Shown: positions 45,632-58,374, counted from the stretch's first letter. The stretch: 64,000 bases of DNA from an uncultured beta proteobacterium (GCA_963698635.1 CAVORS010000006.1:720280-784279), one strand, 5' to 3'. Numbers and translations: made by a program. The notes: generated by a model from the sequence alone, not told the origin.

Positions 45632-48479
45632 ATGACCGTCCGACCACCCGAGGGTTCCGTACCCACCGCCGTTTCTCACCTGGCCCCGGCACGGGCTGAT
45701 TACTCTCGCTTTGTGCAACGCATTCGGCGCCGCTATGCGGGCGAACTCGAATGCCTGCCGCCCGGTGCGCCGGTACACGCCACCATGCAAGTGGCGCTGG
45801 CGACCTTGCGCGAGCAACGCTCGCTCGATCTGCCCTCGGCCTTGCGGGTGTTGCGTCAACTGGTGCTCGAGCGCCTGGCGGTGCTCGATTGCGAACAACA
45901 AGCCCCGCTGGCGGTGATCACGCGCTCGGTCACCGAGTTGGCCGAACTGGCGCTCGACGCGGCCTGTACCCTGGCCTGGGCCGAACTCGATGCCATCCAC
46001 GGCGCGCCCATCGCCGACCTGTCGCGGGACAGCGAATTGGACACGCTGGCCGAAGACCGGGCGTCTTCAGACAACCCGCTGCGCGCTCAGATGTGGGTGA
46101 TCGGTATGGGCAAGCTCGGGGCGCGCGAGCTCAATGTATCGAGTGACATCGACCTGATCTACGTCTACGACCACGACGGCGAAACCGCCGGCAACGAACA
46201 GGGCCGCAACCGCATCAGCAACCACGAGTACTTTGGCAAAGCGGTCAAACACATCTACAACACCGTGGGCGAAACCAGCGAGCACGGCCAGGTGTTCCGC
46301 GTTGACCTGGCTTTGCGGCCCAACGGCAATTCGGGGCCGAGCGCGGTGTCGCTGAACGCGCTGGAAGAGTATTTCCTGGTGCAGGGCCGCGAATGGGAGC
46401 GCTTTGCCTGGCTCAAGAGCCGCGTGATCGCGCCCCGCGCCAACGTCGCCGACGGCAGCGCCAGCGCGCTGCGCGGCGCGGTGCTGCCCTTTGTGTTCCG
46501 CAAATACCTGGACTACAGCGTGTTCGAGGCGCTGCGCAACCTGCACCGCCAGATTCGCGAACACGCCAGCAAGCGCGCCGCCGGCAACCCCGGGCGGGCC
46601 AACGATGTGAAGCTCTCGCGCGGGGGCATTCGCGAGATTGAATTCACGGTGCAGCTGTTGCAGGTGGTGCGCGGCGGCCAGTTCCCCGAGCTGCGCACGC
46701 GGCCCACGCTGGACGCTTTGCAGCGCCTGTGCAAAGCCAACCTGATGCCCAAGACCACGGCCGATGCCCTGGCGAGCGCCTACGACTTTCTGCGCCGGGT
46801 CGAGCACCGCGTGCAGTACCTGGACGATCAGCAAACCCATGTGTTGCCCACCCGCGACGACGATCTGGCCTGGATCGCTGCGAGCATGGGCTGCGCCAAC
46901 CCGTGCGAGTTCCTGCACGCGCTGGACGCCCACCGGGAGACCGTGGCCCAGGAGTTCGACACCCTGCTCGGCGGCCCTGGCCAAGGCCAGTGCAATGGCA
47001 AAGGCTGCCAGAAAGCGAGCTCGCGTTCACCGGCCGAAGAACTGGAACTGCTGTTGCCGCAGCTGCCCGAGGCGTTCGCAGAAAAGATCGGTGCATGGGG
47101 CGACAACCCGCGCGTTCAAGCGCTGCGCGACGACGCTTTCTTGCGGGTGGTGCGGCTGATCGAACGCACCGGCGCCTGGGTCGACGAAGGGCGCGTCAGC
47201 GAGACCGCCGCGCTGCGCCTGGCCGACTGGATCGAGCCCCTGCTGCGCCGCGAAAGCTACCTGGCCTTGCTGCAAGAGCGCCCCTCGGTTCACGAACGTC
47301 TGCTGCGGCTGTTGGGTGCGGCGAAATGGCCGGCCCGGTACCTGCTCAAGCACCCGGGTGTGATCGACGAGCTGGCCAGCCGGCAACTGCTCACCGACCG
47401 ATTCGACGGCATTCAGTTCGAAGAGGATCTGGAGGCGCGCCACGCGGCACTGCGCTCAACCGGCGAGGACGATGAAGAGGCGCTGCTCGACTTGCTGCGC
47501 CGCGCCCACCATGCCGAGGTCTTTCGCACGCTGGCGCGCGACCTGGAAGGCGTGCTGACGGTGGAGTTTGTGGCCGATGATCTGACGGCCCTGGCCGACA
47601 CGGTGCTCAACGTGGCGGCGCGCTGGTGCTGGAGCCGACTGAAAAACCGCCACCGCGACGAACCGAGCTTTGCCATCATCGGCTACGGCAAACTGGGCGG
47701 CAAAGAACTGGGCTACGGCAGCGACCTCGACATCGTTTTCGTGTTCGACGATGACGATGAAAACGCGGGAGAAATTTACGCAGCCTTTGTGCGCAAGCTG
47801 ATCAACTGGCTCTCGGTGAAGACCGGCGAAGGCGATCTGTACGAAATCGATACCGCGCTGCGCCCCAACGGCAACTCGGGTCTGCTGGTGACCAGCTTCG
47901 AGGCCTTTGCGGCTTACCAGGAAAAGCGCGGCAGCAACACCGCCTGGACCTGGGAACACCAGGCCATGACCCGCTCGCGCTGCGTGATCGCACCCAAGCC
48001 CGCGAACGCCAGCACCGGGCCCAGCCTGGCCGAGCGGTTCGAAGCGGTGCGGCAAACGGTGATCACGGCCGAGCGCGACAACGCCATGCTGATCGACGAA
48101 ATCGTGGCGATGCGCGAAAAGGTGCGGGCAGCGCACCGCTTGCCGGCCGACCGCTTCGATGTGAAGCACAGCGTGGGCGGCATGGTGGACGTCGAATTCG
48201 TCGTGCAGTACCTGGTGTTGGCGCATTCGCGGACCCATCTCACACTGCGCGACAACACCGGCAACATCAAGCTGCTGCAACGCGCCCAGGACTGCGGCCT
48301 GCTGCCGCCTGGCGTGGGCGAGGCCGCGGCCAAAGCCTACCGTGAACTGCGCCGCATCCAGCACCGGGCCCGTCTGGACGAAGCACCGACCCAGGTCGAT
48401 CCCGGCTTCGGTGGAGGAAGAAGCGGCCGCGGTGAAGGCGCTGTGGCGCCACGTGCTCGGTCGCGACCCCCAGCCATGA
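45632..48479 (+). CDS. glnE: Glutamine synthetase adenylyltransferase / adenylyl-removing enzyme (3' indel fuses the called ORF to the next gene)
   Basis: GMGKLGARELNVSSDIDL and GYGKLGGKELGYGSDLD; VKLSRGGIREIEF. Confidence 0.95.
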
Positions 48480-49113
48480 ACCGCTCGTCGGGCTGGTTGC
48501 TCCTTTGCGCCCTGCACGGGGTGGCCAGCATGCTGCTCTGGTGGGCCGGCGACAGCCTGGTTCAGACCATGATCTGGCGCGCCGACACCTGGGCATCGCA
48601 GCCCTGGACCCTGTGGACCAGCGCCTGGGTGCACCTGAACACACCACAACTCATCGTCAACCAGATCGCGTTGGGCACGCTGGCGGCATTTGCCTGGGTC
48701 GTGCGCCCTTCTTGGCCCTGCACCCTGGCCTGGTCGCTGGCCTGGCCGCTGACCCAGGGGACTTTGCTGTGGTGGCCGCACATCGGCTACGCGGTGGGCT
48801 TTCGGGGCCTTTGCACGCGGGCGCCATGATCCTCGCGGTGCAGCTGATGCTGCAGCGCATTGCAGTGCCCAAGGCAGGGCGCTGGGGCGGCATGCTGGCG
48901 CTGGGCGTCCTGGCCAAGCTGGCGCTGGAACAGGGTTGGCGCAACCCGGTGGTCTGGGACAGCGCCAACGAAATCTCGGTGGTGCGCGCTGCCCACCTCT
49001 CGGGCGCTGTCTGGGGCGTGGTGCTGGCCTTGTTGCTGGGCTTTATCGGCAACCGGCAGCGGCAACAAGCGGCAGGAGGCCACAGACGCTTTGGGGAATC
49101 TTCACCCCTCTGA
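48476..49113 (+). CDS. Rhomboid-family intramembrane protease, rhombosortase-like (frameshift near 48800)
   Basis: PWTLWTSAWVHLN, G-L-S-G-P-L-H, KLALEQ, AHLSGA. Confidence 0.65.
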
Positions 49114-49431
49114 GCCTGTCCCTGGTTACACACAGAAACAGGCACGCTCGCACCATTCGGGAACTTCGCCCCGGCCGCTTCGCTCTATGGAGGCATCAGG
49201 GCAACGGTGAAAGCCGGATGCAATGAAACGGTTCTTGCACTGCAAAGCCTTTCAGACGCAAGTCTGGATGCAATCCCGAGGCGGTCCTTCCTCCTCCTCC
49301 CTCCCTCCTTGTTCGTCACGGGGCGCTTTGCAGGCTTTTCTATTCGAGGCCATCGGGTCTCTGGGCCAGGCAGCATCGGCTCAGACGCCGACACCCAACC
49401 CGCCAAGACACGGCGCAAGCCGCCCGGGGTC

Positions 49432-50048
49432 TTATTCGGGCGAGGTATCGACGAAGCTCTGGCGCAAAGCCAGCTTGGCGTAAAGCTTGGCCAGATTGGG
49501 GTGGTCTGCGCGCCAGTCGAGCGAGGCAAAGCGGAAGTCGAGATAGCCCAGGGCACAACCCACCGCCACATCGGACAGGCTGAAATGGATGCCCGAACAA
49601 AAGGGCTTTTCGCCCAGGCCACGCGGCTCATGGCCTTCAGCGAGGCCGTGATCTTGCCCATCTGGCGATCGATCCAGGCCTGTGAACGCTCGCCTTCGCT
49701 GCGCCCGGGCCAGGTGGCTTCCAGCCGGGCCAGGATCGCCGCGTCAAGCAGACCGTCGGCCAGGGCCTCCCAGGTCTTCACCTCGGCGCGTTCGCGCCCT
49801 GGCGCCGGAATCAGCTTGCCCACGGGGGACAAGGTATCGAGGTATTCCACGATCACCCGCGAATCGAACATGGCATCGGCCCCGTCCATGACCAGACAGG
49901 GCACCTTGCCCAGTGGGTTGGAGGCGGCGATCTGGGTGTCGGCCGACCACACGTCTTCGGGCACAAACTGGTAGTCCAGCTTTTTCTCGGCCAGGACGAT
50001 GCGCACCTTGCGTACGTAGGGGCTGGTGATGGCGCCGATGAGTTTCAT
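49432..50048 (-). CDS. Glutathione S-transferase family protein (frameshift near 3' end)
   Basis: TSPYVRKVRIVL, NPLGKVPCL, FDSRVIVEYLD. Confidence 0.92.
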
Positions 50049-50194
50049 GGGTATGGTTCGATGGGGCAGGGGGACCGCGGTCGGTCATTTTAGCCAGCGA
50101 TGGAAGTCGCAGACCTGACATTGGCATTCTCTGGTGCTTTGGTGACGGCTGCCAGTCTCCAGGCATCTGGGCAGCAGGCTTCTACAATCTCGCC

Positions 50195-51626
<1,432 letters not shown>

Positions 51627-51653
51627 AGCGGCGCTCAGCAGCGCCCCCAAACC

Positions 51654-51678
51654 AGGCCGGAATCACCGGCCTTTTTTG
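51654..51678 (+). terminator. Rho-independent terminator after purB
   Basis: AGGCCGG-AATCA-CCGGCCT followed by a T-run. Confidence 0.8.
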
Positions 51679-51904
51679 CGCCCGCGGCAAAAAAGTGAGC
51701 GCCCACACACCCGGCAAATGTTTACTTTTCAACCAACTTGACCAGCGGCTTTCGCATCACGGCCCGGTGTGTTTGATCTATCGCAAACCAAGGGCGCCTC
51801 CTACGCCCTAGAGTCACGCCCTTGCACCACCCCGAAACAACGTGCCGCATGTTGCGATTGGTCCCCACACGCCTGCGCGCCCCGATTCTGAAAGCCGATC
51901 TCCC

Positions 51905-52672
51905 ATGGCCATCGAACTGTTCAACCGCGACGGCCACGTGTGCCTGATGTTCACCCACCTGAGCGACGAGGGCGGCGAAGCGGTGCAGGCCAACCAGTTT
52001 CTGGTGATCCATGGCGACGCGGGCGCCATCATCGACCCCGGTGGCAACGTGGCCTATAACGAGTTGTTGCTGACCATCGGCCGGTTCTTCCCGCCCAGCA
52101 AGCTCGACAAGATCCTGGCCTCCCACGCCGACCCGGACATCATCGCCTCGCTGGACCGCTGGATGACCAGCACCCAGGCCACGCTCTACATCTCCCGCCT
52201 CTGGGAGCGCTTTGCACCGCATTTTTGCAAGCCCGGCAAAACGCAAGGGCGCATCAAAGGCATTCCCGACCCCGGCATGCGCATCGCGCTGGGCACCACC
52301 GAACTGGTGGCCGTGCCTGCCCACTTCATGCATTCCGAAGGCAACTTTCAGTTCTGGGACCCTGTCAGCGGCATCCTGTTTTCCGGCGACCTGGGCGTGT
52401 CCATGGGCAACTCGGAAGACGCCAAGCGCCCGGTGGAATCGCTGGCCGCGCACATCCCGAAGATGGAGGGCTTTCACCGGCGCTACATGGTGTCGAACAA
52501 GGTGCTCAAGCTGTGGGCCAACATGGCGCGCACGCTGCCGATCCGCATGATCGTGCCGCAACACGGCGCCCCGCTGGCGGGCGCGGCGGTGGGCGAGTTC
52601 ATCCAGTGGATCGGCGATCTCAGCTGCGGCGTGGACCACCTCACCCAAGCCAACTATGTGATTCCTGGATAG
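51905..52672 (+). CDS. Metallo-beta-lactamase-fold protein, ODP (oxygen-binding di-iron protein)-like
   Basis: VQANQFL, IIDPGG, SHADPDI, AHFMHSEGN, FSGDLG, PQHG; no flavodoxin domain. Confidence 0.75.
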   Translation: MAIELFNRDGHVCLMFTHLSDEGGEAVQANQFLVIHGDAGAIIDPGGNVAYNELLLTIGRFFPPSKLDKILASHADPDIIASLDRWMTSTQATLYISRLWERFAPHFCKPGKTQGRIKGIPDPGMRIALGTTELVAVPAHFMHSEGNFQFWDPVSGILFSGDLGVSMGNSEDAKRPVESLAAHIPKMEGFHRRYMVSNKVLKLWANMARTLPIRMIVPQHGAPLAGAAVGEFIQWIGDLSCGVDHLTQANYVIPG

Positions 52673-52674
52673 GC

Positions 52675-52704
52675 TCCCCCCACGCCGCAGGCGGCGCGGG
52701 GGGG
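52675..52704. repeat. Short GC hairpin between convergent genes; truncated relative of the 602/6411 repeat
   Basis: CCCCCC-ACGCCGCAGGCGGCGC-GGGGGGG resembles the right end of copy 2. Confidence 0.5.
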
Positions 52705-53109
52705 CTATTCCAGCGCCCTTTCCGCGTAGCGGTTGAAGCGCCAGGAGTCGCCTTCAAGGGTGATGCGGCGCCAGGTCACGCGCTTTTCCGACGGGGTCAT
52801 TTCGGTCCAGCGCTGCACTTCGTCGAAGTAGCGCCCGCAGCCTTTGCACACCTCGTCGCCCTGGCTGGTGGAACAGATCGCGATGCAGGGCGTGTCGGGC
52901 AGGCTGTCGAACCAGGCGAGCCAGGCGGCGTGGGCAGCGGCGGGCATGGTGGCTTCGTCGGCTTCCGTCTGACGGTAGAACACCATCTGGCCGTACACCT
53001 CGGCAAGCGCGCCGAGCTCGGCGCGCAGGCCCAAGCGTTCGTCCACCGGGTCGCGCGCGCGCCAGTGGTTGATCGCGGCTTCGATGTCAGAGATGTGGAT
53101 ACCAGCCAT
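52705..53109 (-). CDS. DUF3717 + DUF1289 (Cys-rich) domain protein
   Basis: IHISDIEAAINHWR; PCIAICSTSQGDEVCKGCGR.F.EV..W. Confidence 0.75.
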   Translation of the reverse strand: MAGIHISDIEAAINHWRARDPVDERLGLRAELGALAEVYGQMVFYRQTEADEATMPAAAHAAWLAWFDSLPDTPCIAICSTSQGDEVCKGCGRYFDEVQRWTEMTPSEKRVTWRRITLEGDSWRFNRYAERALE

Positions 53110-53215
53110 AGAGCGCTGAATGATAGCCAGACCGATGCATCGCCGCTGCGAAAAGGGCATGCAAGGGGGCATGCAAGCGCGGCGCCGTCTATGTGGCGCA
53201 CCGATACAATCGCAC

Positions 53216-53360
53216 CACGCGAGGGGGAGCAGCTCGCCAAACCCGTGGTGCCGGCGCATTCAGCGGTTGCGCGGGGCGTTTGGTCCGTCACCCACCCGCT
53301 GCACAAGGCTTGCACCGGTGCGGGCCGGGTATCCCCCACCAGGTTGGGCAAGGCCCAAAT
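53216..53360 (+). ncRNA. yybP-ykoY (Mn2+) riboswitch candidate
   Basis: TACAAT -10 at 53205; GGGGAGCAGC...CCGTCACCCAC...GGTGCGG...GGCAAGGCC in the expected order; in the terC leader. Confidence 0.7.
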
Positions 53361-53440
53361 GGACCCGCCGGCACTGTGCCCTGGCCTTGAAAGATGCCTG
53401 AGCCGTATTGCCCCTTTCCATCTTCCTTTTTGAGCATCCT

Positions 53441-54163
53441 ATGGAATTCCTGACCGCACCCGAGTTCTGGGTGGCCCTGGGCCAGATCATCATCATCGAC
53501 ATCCTGCTCGGTGGCGACAACGCCGTGGTGATCGCGCTGGCCTGCCGCAAGCTGCCACCGGCGCAGCGCACCAAGGGCATCATCTGGGGCACGGCGGGCG
53601 CCATCATCCTGCGCGTGGTGCTCATCCTGTTTGCGATGACGCTGCTCAACCTGCCGTTCCTCAAATTCGTCGGCGCGCTGCTGCTGGTGTGGATCGGCGT
53701 GAAGCTCATCGCGCCCGATGAGGACGACCACGACGGCATCGAGGGCAGCGACAAGCTGTTCGCCGCCATCAAAACCATCATCGTGGCCGATCTGGTCATG
53801 AGCGTGGACAACGTGATCGCCATCGCCGGCGCGGCCCAGAACGCGGGCGACCATTCCACGCTGCTGGTCGTGCTCGGCCTGCTGATCTCCATTCCCATCA
53901 TCGTGGCCGGCAGCCAGCTCGTGATCAAGCTGATGGCCCGCTTCCCCCTCATCATCGTGGCCGGCGGCATGCTCTTGGGCTGGATCGCCGGCGGCATGCT
54001 GGTGACCGACCCGGTGTTTGCCAACCCCGCCGAGTGGCAGTGGATGGCCAAGATTCCGCAGTCGGGCGCGGTGAAGTACGGCGCGGCGATCGCTGGCGCA
54101 CTGCTGGTACTGGCCATCGGCAAGACCCTGGCCAGCCGTCAGGCCCCGGCCGATGCGGCTTGA
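53441..54163 (+). CDS. TerC family integral membrane protein
   Basis: IDILLGGDNAVVIALA, ADLVMSVDNVIAIAGAA. Confidence 0.93.
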   Translation: MEFLTAPEFWVALGQIIIIDILLGGDNAVVIALACRKLPPAQRTKGIIWGTAGAIILRVVLILFAMTLLNLPFLKFVGALLLVWIGVKLIAPDEDDHDGIEGSDKLFAAIKTIIVADLVMSVDNVIAIAGAAQNAGDHSTLLVVLGLLISIPIIVAGSQLVIKLMARFPLIIVAGGMLLGWIAGGMLVTDPVFANPAEWQWMAKIPQSGAVKYGAAIAGALLVLAIGKTLASRQAPADAA

Positions 54164-54193
54164 AAAAGCGCCCGCCGGTGCTATGCTGAAACC

Positions 54194-54544
54194 ATGAAAC
54201 TTCTACTGACCTGGGCCCTCTCGGCCTGCGCACTGCTGCTCGTGGCCTACCTCTACCCAGGGGTTCAGGTGGTGAGCTTTGTCTCGGCGCTGATCGCTGC
54301 GGCGGTGATCGGCCTGTTCAACATGCTGCTGCGCCCGGTGCTCGTGGTGCTGACGCTGCCGGTCACGGTGGTCACGCTGGGGCTGTTCCTGTTCGTCATC
54401 AACGCCCTGCTGTTCTGGGCCGCTGCGGGCGTTCTCGACGGCTTCCATGTCGCAGGCTTCTGGGCCGCGTTGCTGGGCTCGCTGATCTATTCCGTCTTGA
54501 TGCTGGTCGTCAACTCGGCGGTGAACTCACTTCTGCCGCGCTAG
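54194..54544 (+). CDS. 4-TM membrane protein ('phage holin family'/YvlD-like)
   Basis: LRPVLVVLTLPVTVVTLGLFLFVINA. Confidence 0.85.
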   Translation: MKLLLTWALSACALLLVAYLYPGVQVVSFVSALIAAAVIGLFNMLLRPVLVVLTLPVTVVTLGLFLFVINALLFWAAAGVLDGFHVAGFWAALLGSLIYSVLMLVVNSAVNSLLPR

Positions 54545-56169
54545 CTCGCGCAAGCGCTGCTCCACCTCGCGGCGGCGCGCGTCCACAATCGCCACCTCAA
54601 TCGGATCGCTGCGGCGCACATCGGCCGGCAAGGCCTGCGCGGCCTTGAGCCGGTCCAGCGCGCCTGGGTCATCAAAAATGGCCACAGAAGCCTCGGCTTC
54701 GCTGCGCAAAGCGCGCACGCGGTAGCCCAACGCCGTTTGCGCCCTGGCCAAGGTTTGCCAGGCCAGGGCATCGCGCGGATGCAACACCACCCAGCTTTGC
54801 AAGCGCGCAGCGGCCAGCACGGGCTGGCCTGAAGCCAAAGCGGCCAAGGCCCCCTGCATCACACCGGCCCGGGTCTCGCTCGCCAGCGCCGCATCGCGCA
54901 AGGCCACAAACCGCGGGTCGCTGGCGCCACCCGGCGCGGCCAGCATCAGCTCCAGCATCAGCGCTTTCAGCGTGGGCAGGGTATCCGCAGGCGCCTGATC
55001 GAGCAGTTGCTGCGCCAGGGCCAGTGCCTGGTCGTGCTGCCCCAGCTGGTGCGCCGACAAGGCCGCGGCATAACGCTCTCCCACGCTCGCCTTGGGACTG
55101 CTGCCCGCTTGCAGCCAGGCGCGCCAGCGGTCGGGCCCGGTCTCGGCCAAGCACCCGCGCGCGCGAAGCCATCAGGGCATGCAGATTCACCGAAGGCAGC
55201 GGCAGCGATGCAGCGTGGGCCGCGCTGCCCATCACGGGCCCGACGGCGGTGGTTGCGGCATGCCCGCTGTGGTCTGTTGCGATGCGCAGGCGCATGTCGG
55301 CCATGCGCTCGGTGGTCAAAGGGTGGCTGCGCAGGTAAGGGAAATTGCCGTCGTCGTTGAGGCGCGAGGCCTGCTGCAGCTTGTCGAACATGCTCACAAA
55401 GCCTTGCCCGGGAAAGCCCGCTTCGGTCAACACGCCAAAGCCCACCCGATCGGCTTCGCGCTCCATGTCGCGCGAGAAATTGAGCTGGTTTTGCATCGCC
55501 AGCGCCTGGCTGCCCACGATGGCGGCATTGGCCACATCGACGTTGTTGCTGCGCGGCCAGGGCGCCCAGGATCAGCGCGCCCATCAGCCAAGGCGTCTCG
55601 CTGCCCTGGCGGGCGATCAGGCGGGCAATGTGGCGCTGCGATACGTGGCTGAGTTCGTGCGCCAACACGCTGGCCAGTTCCTGCGGGCTCTCGGTGACCG
55701 CCAGCAGCCCCAGGTTCACCCCCATGTAACCGCCCGGCAGGGCAAATGCGTTCACGGCCTTGGTGCGGTCGATCATCAGCTCCCAGGCCAGGCGCTCATA
55801 CAGCTCAGGCGCCACATCGCCGCGCTCGCGCGCCGCGCTGAGCAATGGCCGCCAGACCGATTGCAGGTAGTCCACCAGCACCGGATCGTCCAGGTAATCG
55901 GGGTCGCGGTAGATCTGGCGCGCGATCTCGTCACCCAGCCGGCGCTCGTCGGCGATGGTGAGTTCGGCGCCATCGCCCAGACCGGGCAGGCTGCCACTGG
56001 TCAGGGCGCCCGATGGCAGCTTGCCATCATTGCCACCGGCCTGCACCTGGGCATGCGACAGCGCCACAGGCTGCAAGGCCAGCAACGCGGCCAAGGCCAC
56101 GGCGCTCAGCGGGGTCCGCAGACGCCTGAAGAAGGAGAAACGGGTATCGGCAATGGCAGAGAAATGCAT
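54527..56169 (-). CDS. bepA: M48 metalloprotease with TPR region, BepA-like (frameshifted)
   Basis: VNAFALPGG, LAHELSHVSQRH, FSRDMEREADRVG, YLRSHP. Confidence 0.85.
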
Positions 56170-56225
56170 GCCCGTATGATGCCGCCAAAGCCCACAAGTT
56201 TCTGTAAAGCGCCAGCAAAGACGCC

Positions 56226-56742
56226 ATGACACAGCCCACCCAGCACCCCCACAACCCCGACCGACAGCCAGCACCTCACCCACTTCGACGCCAACGGCCA
56301 GGCCCACATGGTCGACGTGGCCGCCAAGGCCCACACCCACCGGGTCGCGGTGGCCGAAGGCCGCATCACCATGGAGCCCGCCACCCTGGCGCTGATCCAG
56401 AGCGGCACCGCCAAAAAAGGCGACGTGCTCGGCATCGCCCGCATCGCCGGCATTCAGGGCGCCAAACGCACCAGCGACCTGATCCCGCTGTGCCACCCGA
56501 TTGCGCTGACCCGGGTGGCGGTGGAGTTCGAGGTGGAACCGGCGACGAACAGCGTGCTGTGCCGCGCCACCGCCGAATGCACCGGCCAGACCGGCGTGGA
56601 AATGGAAGCCCTGTCAGCCGTGAGCGTGGCCCTGCTCACGATTTACGACATGTGCAAGGCGGTGGACCGGGGCATGGTGATGGGCGGGGTGCGGCTGATG
56701 GAAAAGCGGGGGGGCAAGAGTGGGCATTATTCAGCCAATTGA
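56226..56742 (+). CDS. moaC: Cyclic pyranopterin monophosphate synthase
   Basis: [39 protein letters not shown]. Confidence 0.95.
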
Positions 56743-56761
56743 CCACTGAAAAGCGATTGGA

Positions 56762-57538
56762 TCAAAGGCTGTCAATCGGCACATAGCCAACTATTTCCAA
56801 CGTCTGCGCGTCAAGCAAAGCAGTCCAAATTGCATTGGATCCCGTGATGGGAAGATACAGAAGCTCACTCGCCTTGCGCCCGTTGGTTTCAAGCCAGTTG
56901 TTCACTGCAATTTGGTCGGTAGGAGACAGCCCCAGGAGTATTCGCAAAGGCTTGGCTCGCTGGGACAGCTCCTCACGGTTGGCTTCACTCAGTTCTTGCC
57001 AGTAATCTGGACGCAGTGACCGATCCTTGCCCGCCAAGGCCAGTTCAAAAGAGCGCAGCCGCTCCTGTCCATCTCTCGAATCCCGCAAGCCAATCAAACG
57101 CGCTCCAGAGAACGGCAGTCGCCGGAACGCAGGCAATGCCCCAGGCAAATCCACGGGGTCTACATCGGCTGCACTGACAACAACAAAGCGGTCAACCTCA
57201 TAGACCAAATAGACCGGGCGCGCCAAGTACACGGACCACAGCCCATAAGCCAGGGCTGAAAGCTGCAAAAGCCCAATGATCGCGAGGTCACGAACCAGCT
57301 CTTTGCGGTGTTTTCGGATGTCAAACACCACCCAGGTCAGCAAGGGCCCGAGCACCACATCAACAGCGACCACCAATTCGAAAAGAGATCGTCCGCCAGA
57401 GATTTCCCTGAAAGGAAAGGGAAACCAGACAAGAAATACCAGTATTCCCGCGCAAGATGCAATCAACGCGCTCAAACCCAAATGCACGCCGGCTGCTTTG
57501 GTACGAGATCGCCAATTGGTTTGCCATTTGCTGCCCAT
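56762..57538 (-). CDS. TfpX/TfpZ family type IV pilin accessory protein
   Basis: AAGVHLGLS, WFPFPF, VDVVLGPLLT, DLAII...Q..AL.YG, RPVYLVYEVDRF; downstream of pilins. Confidence 0.85.
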   Translation of the reverse strand: MGSKWQTNWRSRTKAAGVHLGLSALIASCAGILVFLVWFPFPFREISGGRSLFELVVAVDVVLGPLLTWVVFDIRKHRKELVRDLAIIGLLQLSALAYGLWSVYLARPVYLVYEVDRFVVVSAADVDPVDLPGALPAFRRLPFSGARLIGLRDSRDGQERLRSFELALAGKDRSLRPDYWQELSEANREELSQRAKPLRILLGLSPTDQIAVNNWLETNGRKASELLYLPITGSNAIWTALLDAQTLEIVGYVPIDSL

Positions 57539-57567
57539 AGCTTCTTTTATGAGACGAAATGAAAATT

Positions 57568-58125
57568 CTATCGACACTCACCCGGTGCGAAGCGGGCTTC
57601 AAGTGTTCCCTGTGAGAGGTCGGTATCCATGCCTCGGGCGGTCGCAATTGCAAATGTCGAGGAGGCACAGGCCCAGTCCAAGCTCCCGGTCACCGGCGCG
57701 GCAGGATCCAGCGCAATGTCCACGGGCACGAACGTGGTCGCACCACCGCTCACCGACACCACATACGGTTTCATGATCAATGTGGCGCCGGCTGGGATCG
57801 CGCCAACGTTTGACGCGTTGAAGGTCACCTCGATCTCGCCGTCGGTGCCATCGATTTGTATGCCTGACACATACTTGCTGGAAGCCCCTGCCCCATCGGC
57901 CTGGTCGTTGAAGGTCGAAGTAGCAGCAGCGAGATCGGATTGGGTCAAAGCAGCGGTTGCCACAACCCACTTGGCATCGCCAGCGAGAGAGAGACCCTCC
58001 GTCACGCGTGTGCGAATCGTATAGTCCTGATACGCGGGAAGGGCGACTGCAGCCAAAATTCCGATGATGGCGACCACAATCATCAATTCGATCAGTGTGA
58101 AGCCTTCTTGTTTGATGATTTTCAT
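57568..58125 (-). CDS. pilA: Type IVa major pilin, copy 2
   Basis: QEG|[27 protein letters not shown]; C-terminal disulfide WAC...GECR. Confidence 0.93.
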   Translation of the reverse strand: MKIIKQEGFTLIELMIVVAIIGILAAVALPAYQDYTIRTRVTEGLSLAGDAKWVVATAALTQSDLAAATSTFNDQADGAGASSKYVSGIQIDGTDGEIEVTFNASNVGAIPAGATLIMKPYVVSVSGGATTFVPVDIALDPAAPVTGSLDWACASSTFAIATARGMDTDLSQGTLEARFAPGECR

Positions 58126-58175
58126 AGTGGTAACTCGGTCATTTAACAGCGATATTGCGACGGGGCCTTGTTACT

Positions 58176-58193
58176 ACGCACGGTTTGTGCCAG
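58176..58193 (-). promoter_or_regulatory. Sigma54 -24/-12 promoter of pilin copy 2
   Basis: Minus strand CTGGCACAAACCGTGCGT (GG-N10-GC). Confidence 0.75.
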
Positions 58194-58350
58194 CATCACA
58201 TCATTCTGATTCGTGAACTATTTAACAGTTTGAAGCGCATGGCGGGCAATATCTGTTGCGTGAATTGGCAATCAGTGACATTTTTTGTCTCTTGAGTTTC
58301 TGGGGCCACACTCAAGCATCGGCGACACCTGCTCCCGGTGCAAACAGACG

Positions 58351-58374
58351 AAAAAAGAGGCGCTTGCGCGCCTC
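58351..58374 (-). terminator. Rho-independent terminator after pilin copy 1
   Basis: Minus strand GAGGCGC-GCAA-GCGCCTC-TTTTTT. Confidence 0.85.

Noticed and set aside
45632-48829. GlnE fused to a membrane domain (1065-aa ORF)
   Set aside because: An indel near 48410 shifts the GlnE tail into the frame of the next gene, which has its own ATG at 48476.
54194-54544. Holin as a sign of a prophage
   Set aside because: This 4-TM family is commonly chromosomal; no endolysin, integrase or structural phage genes are nearby.
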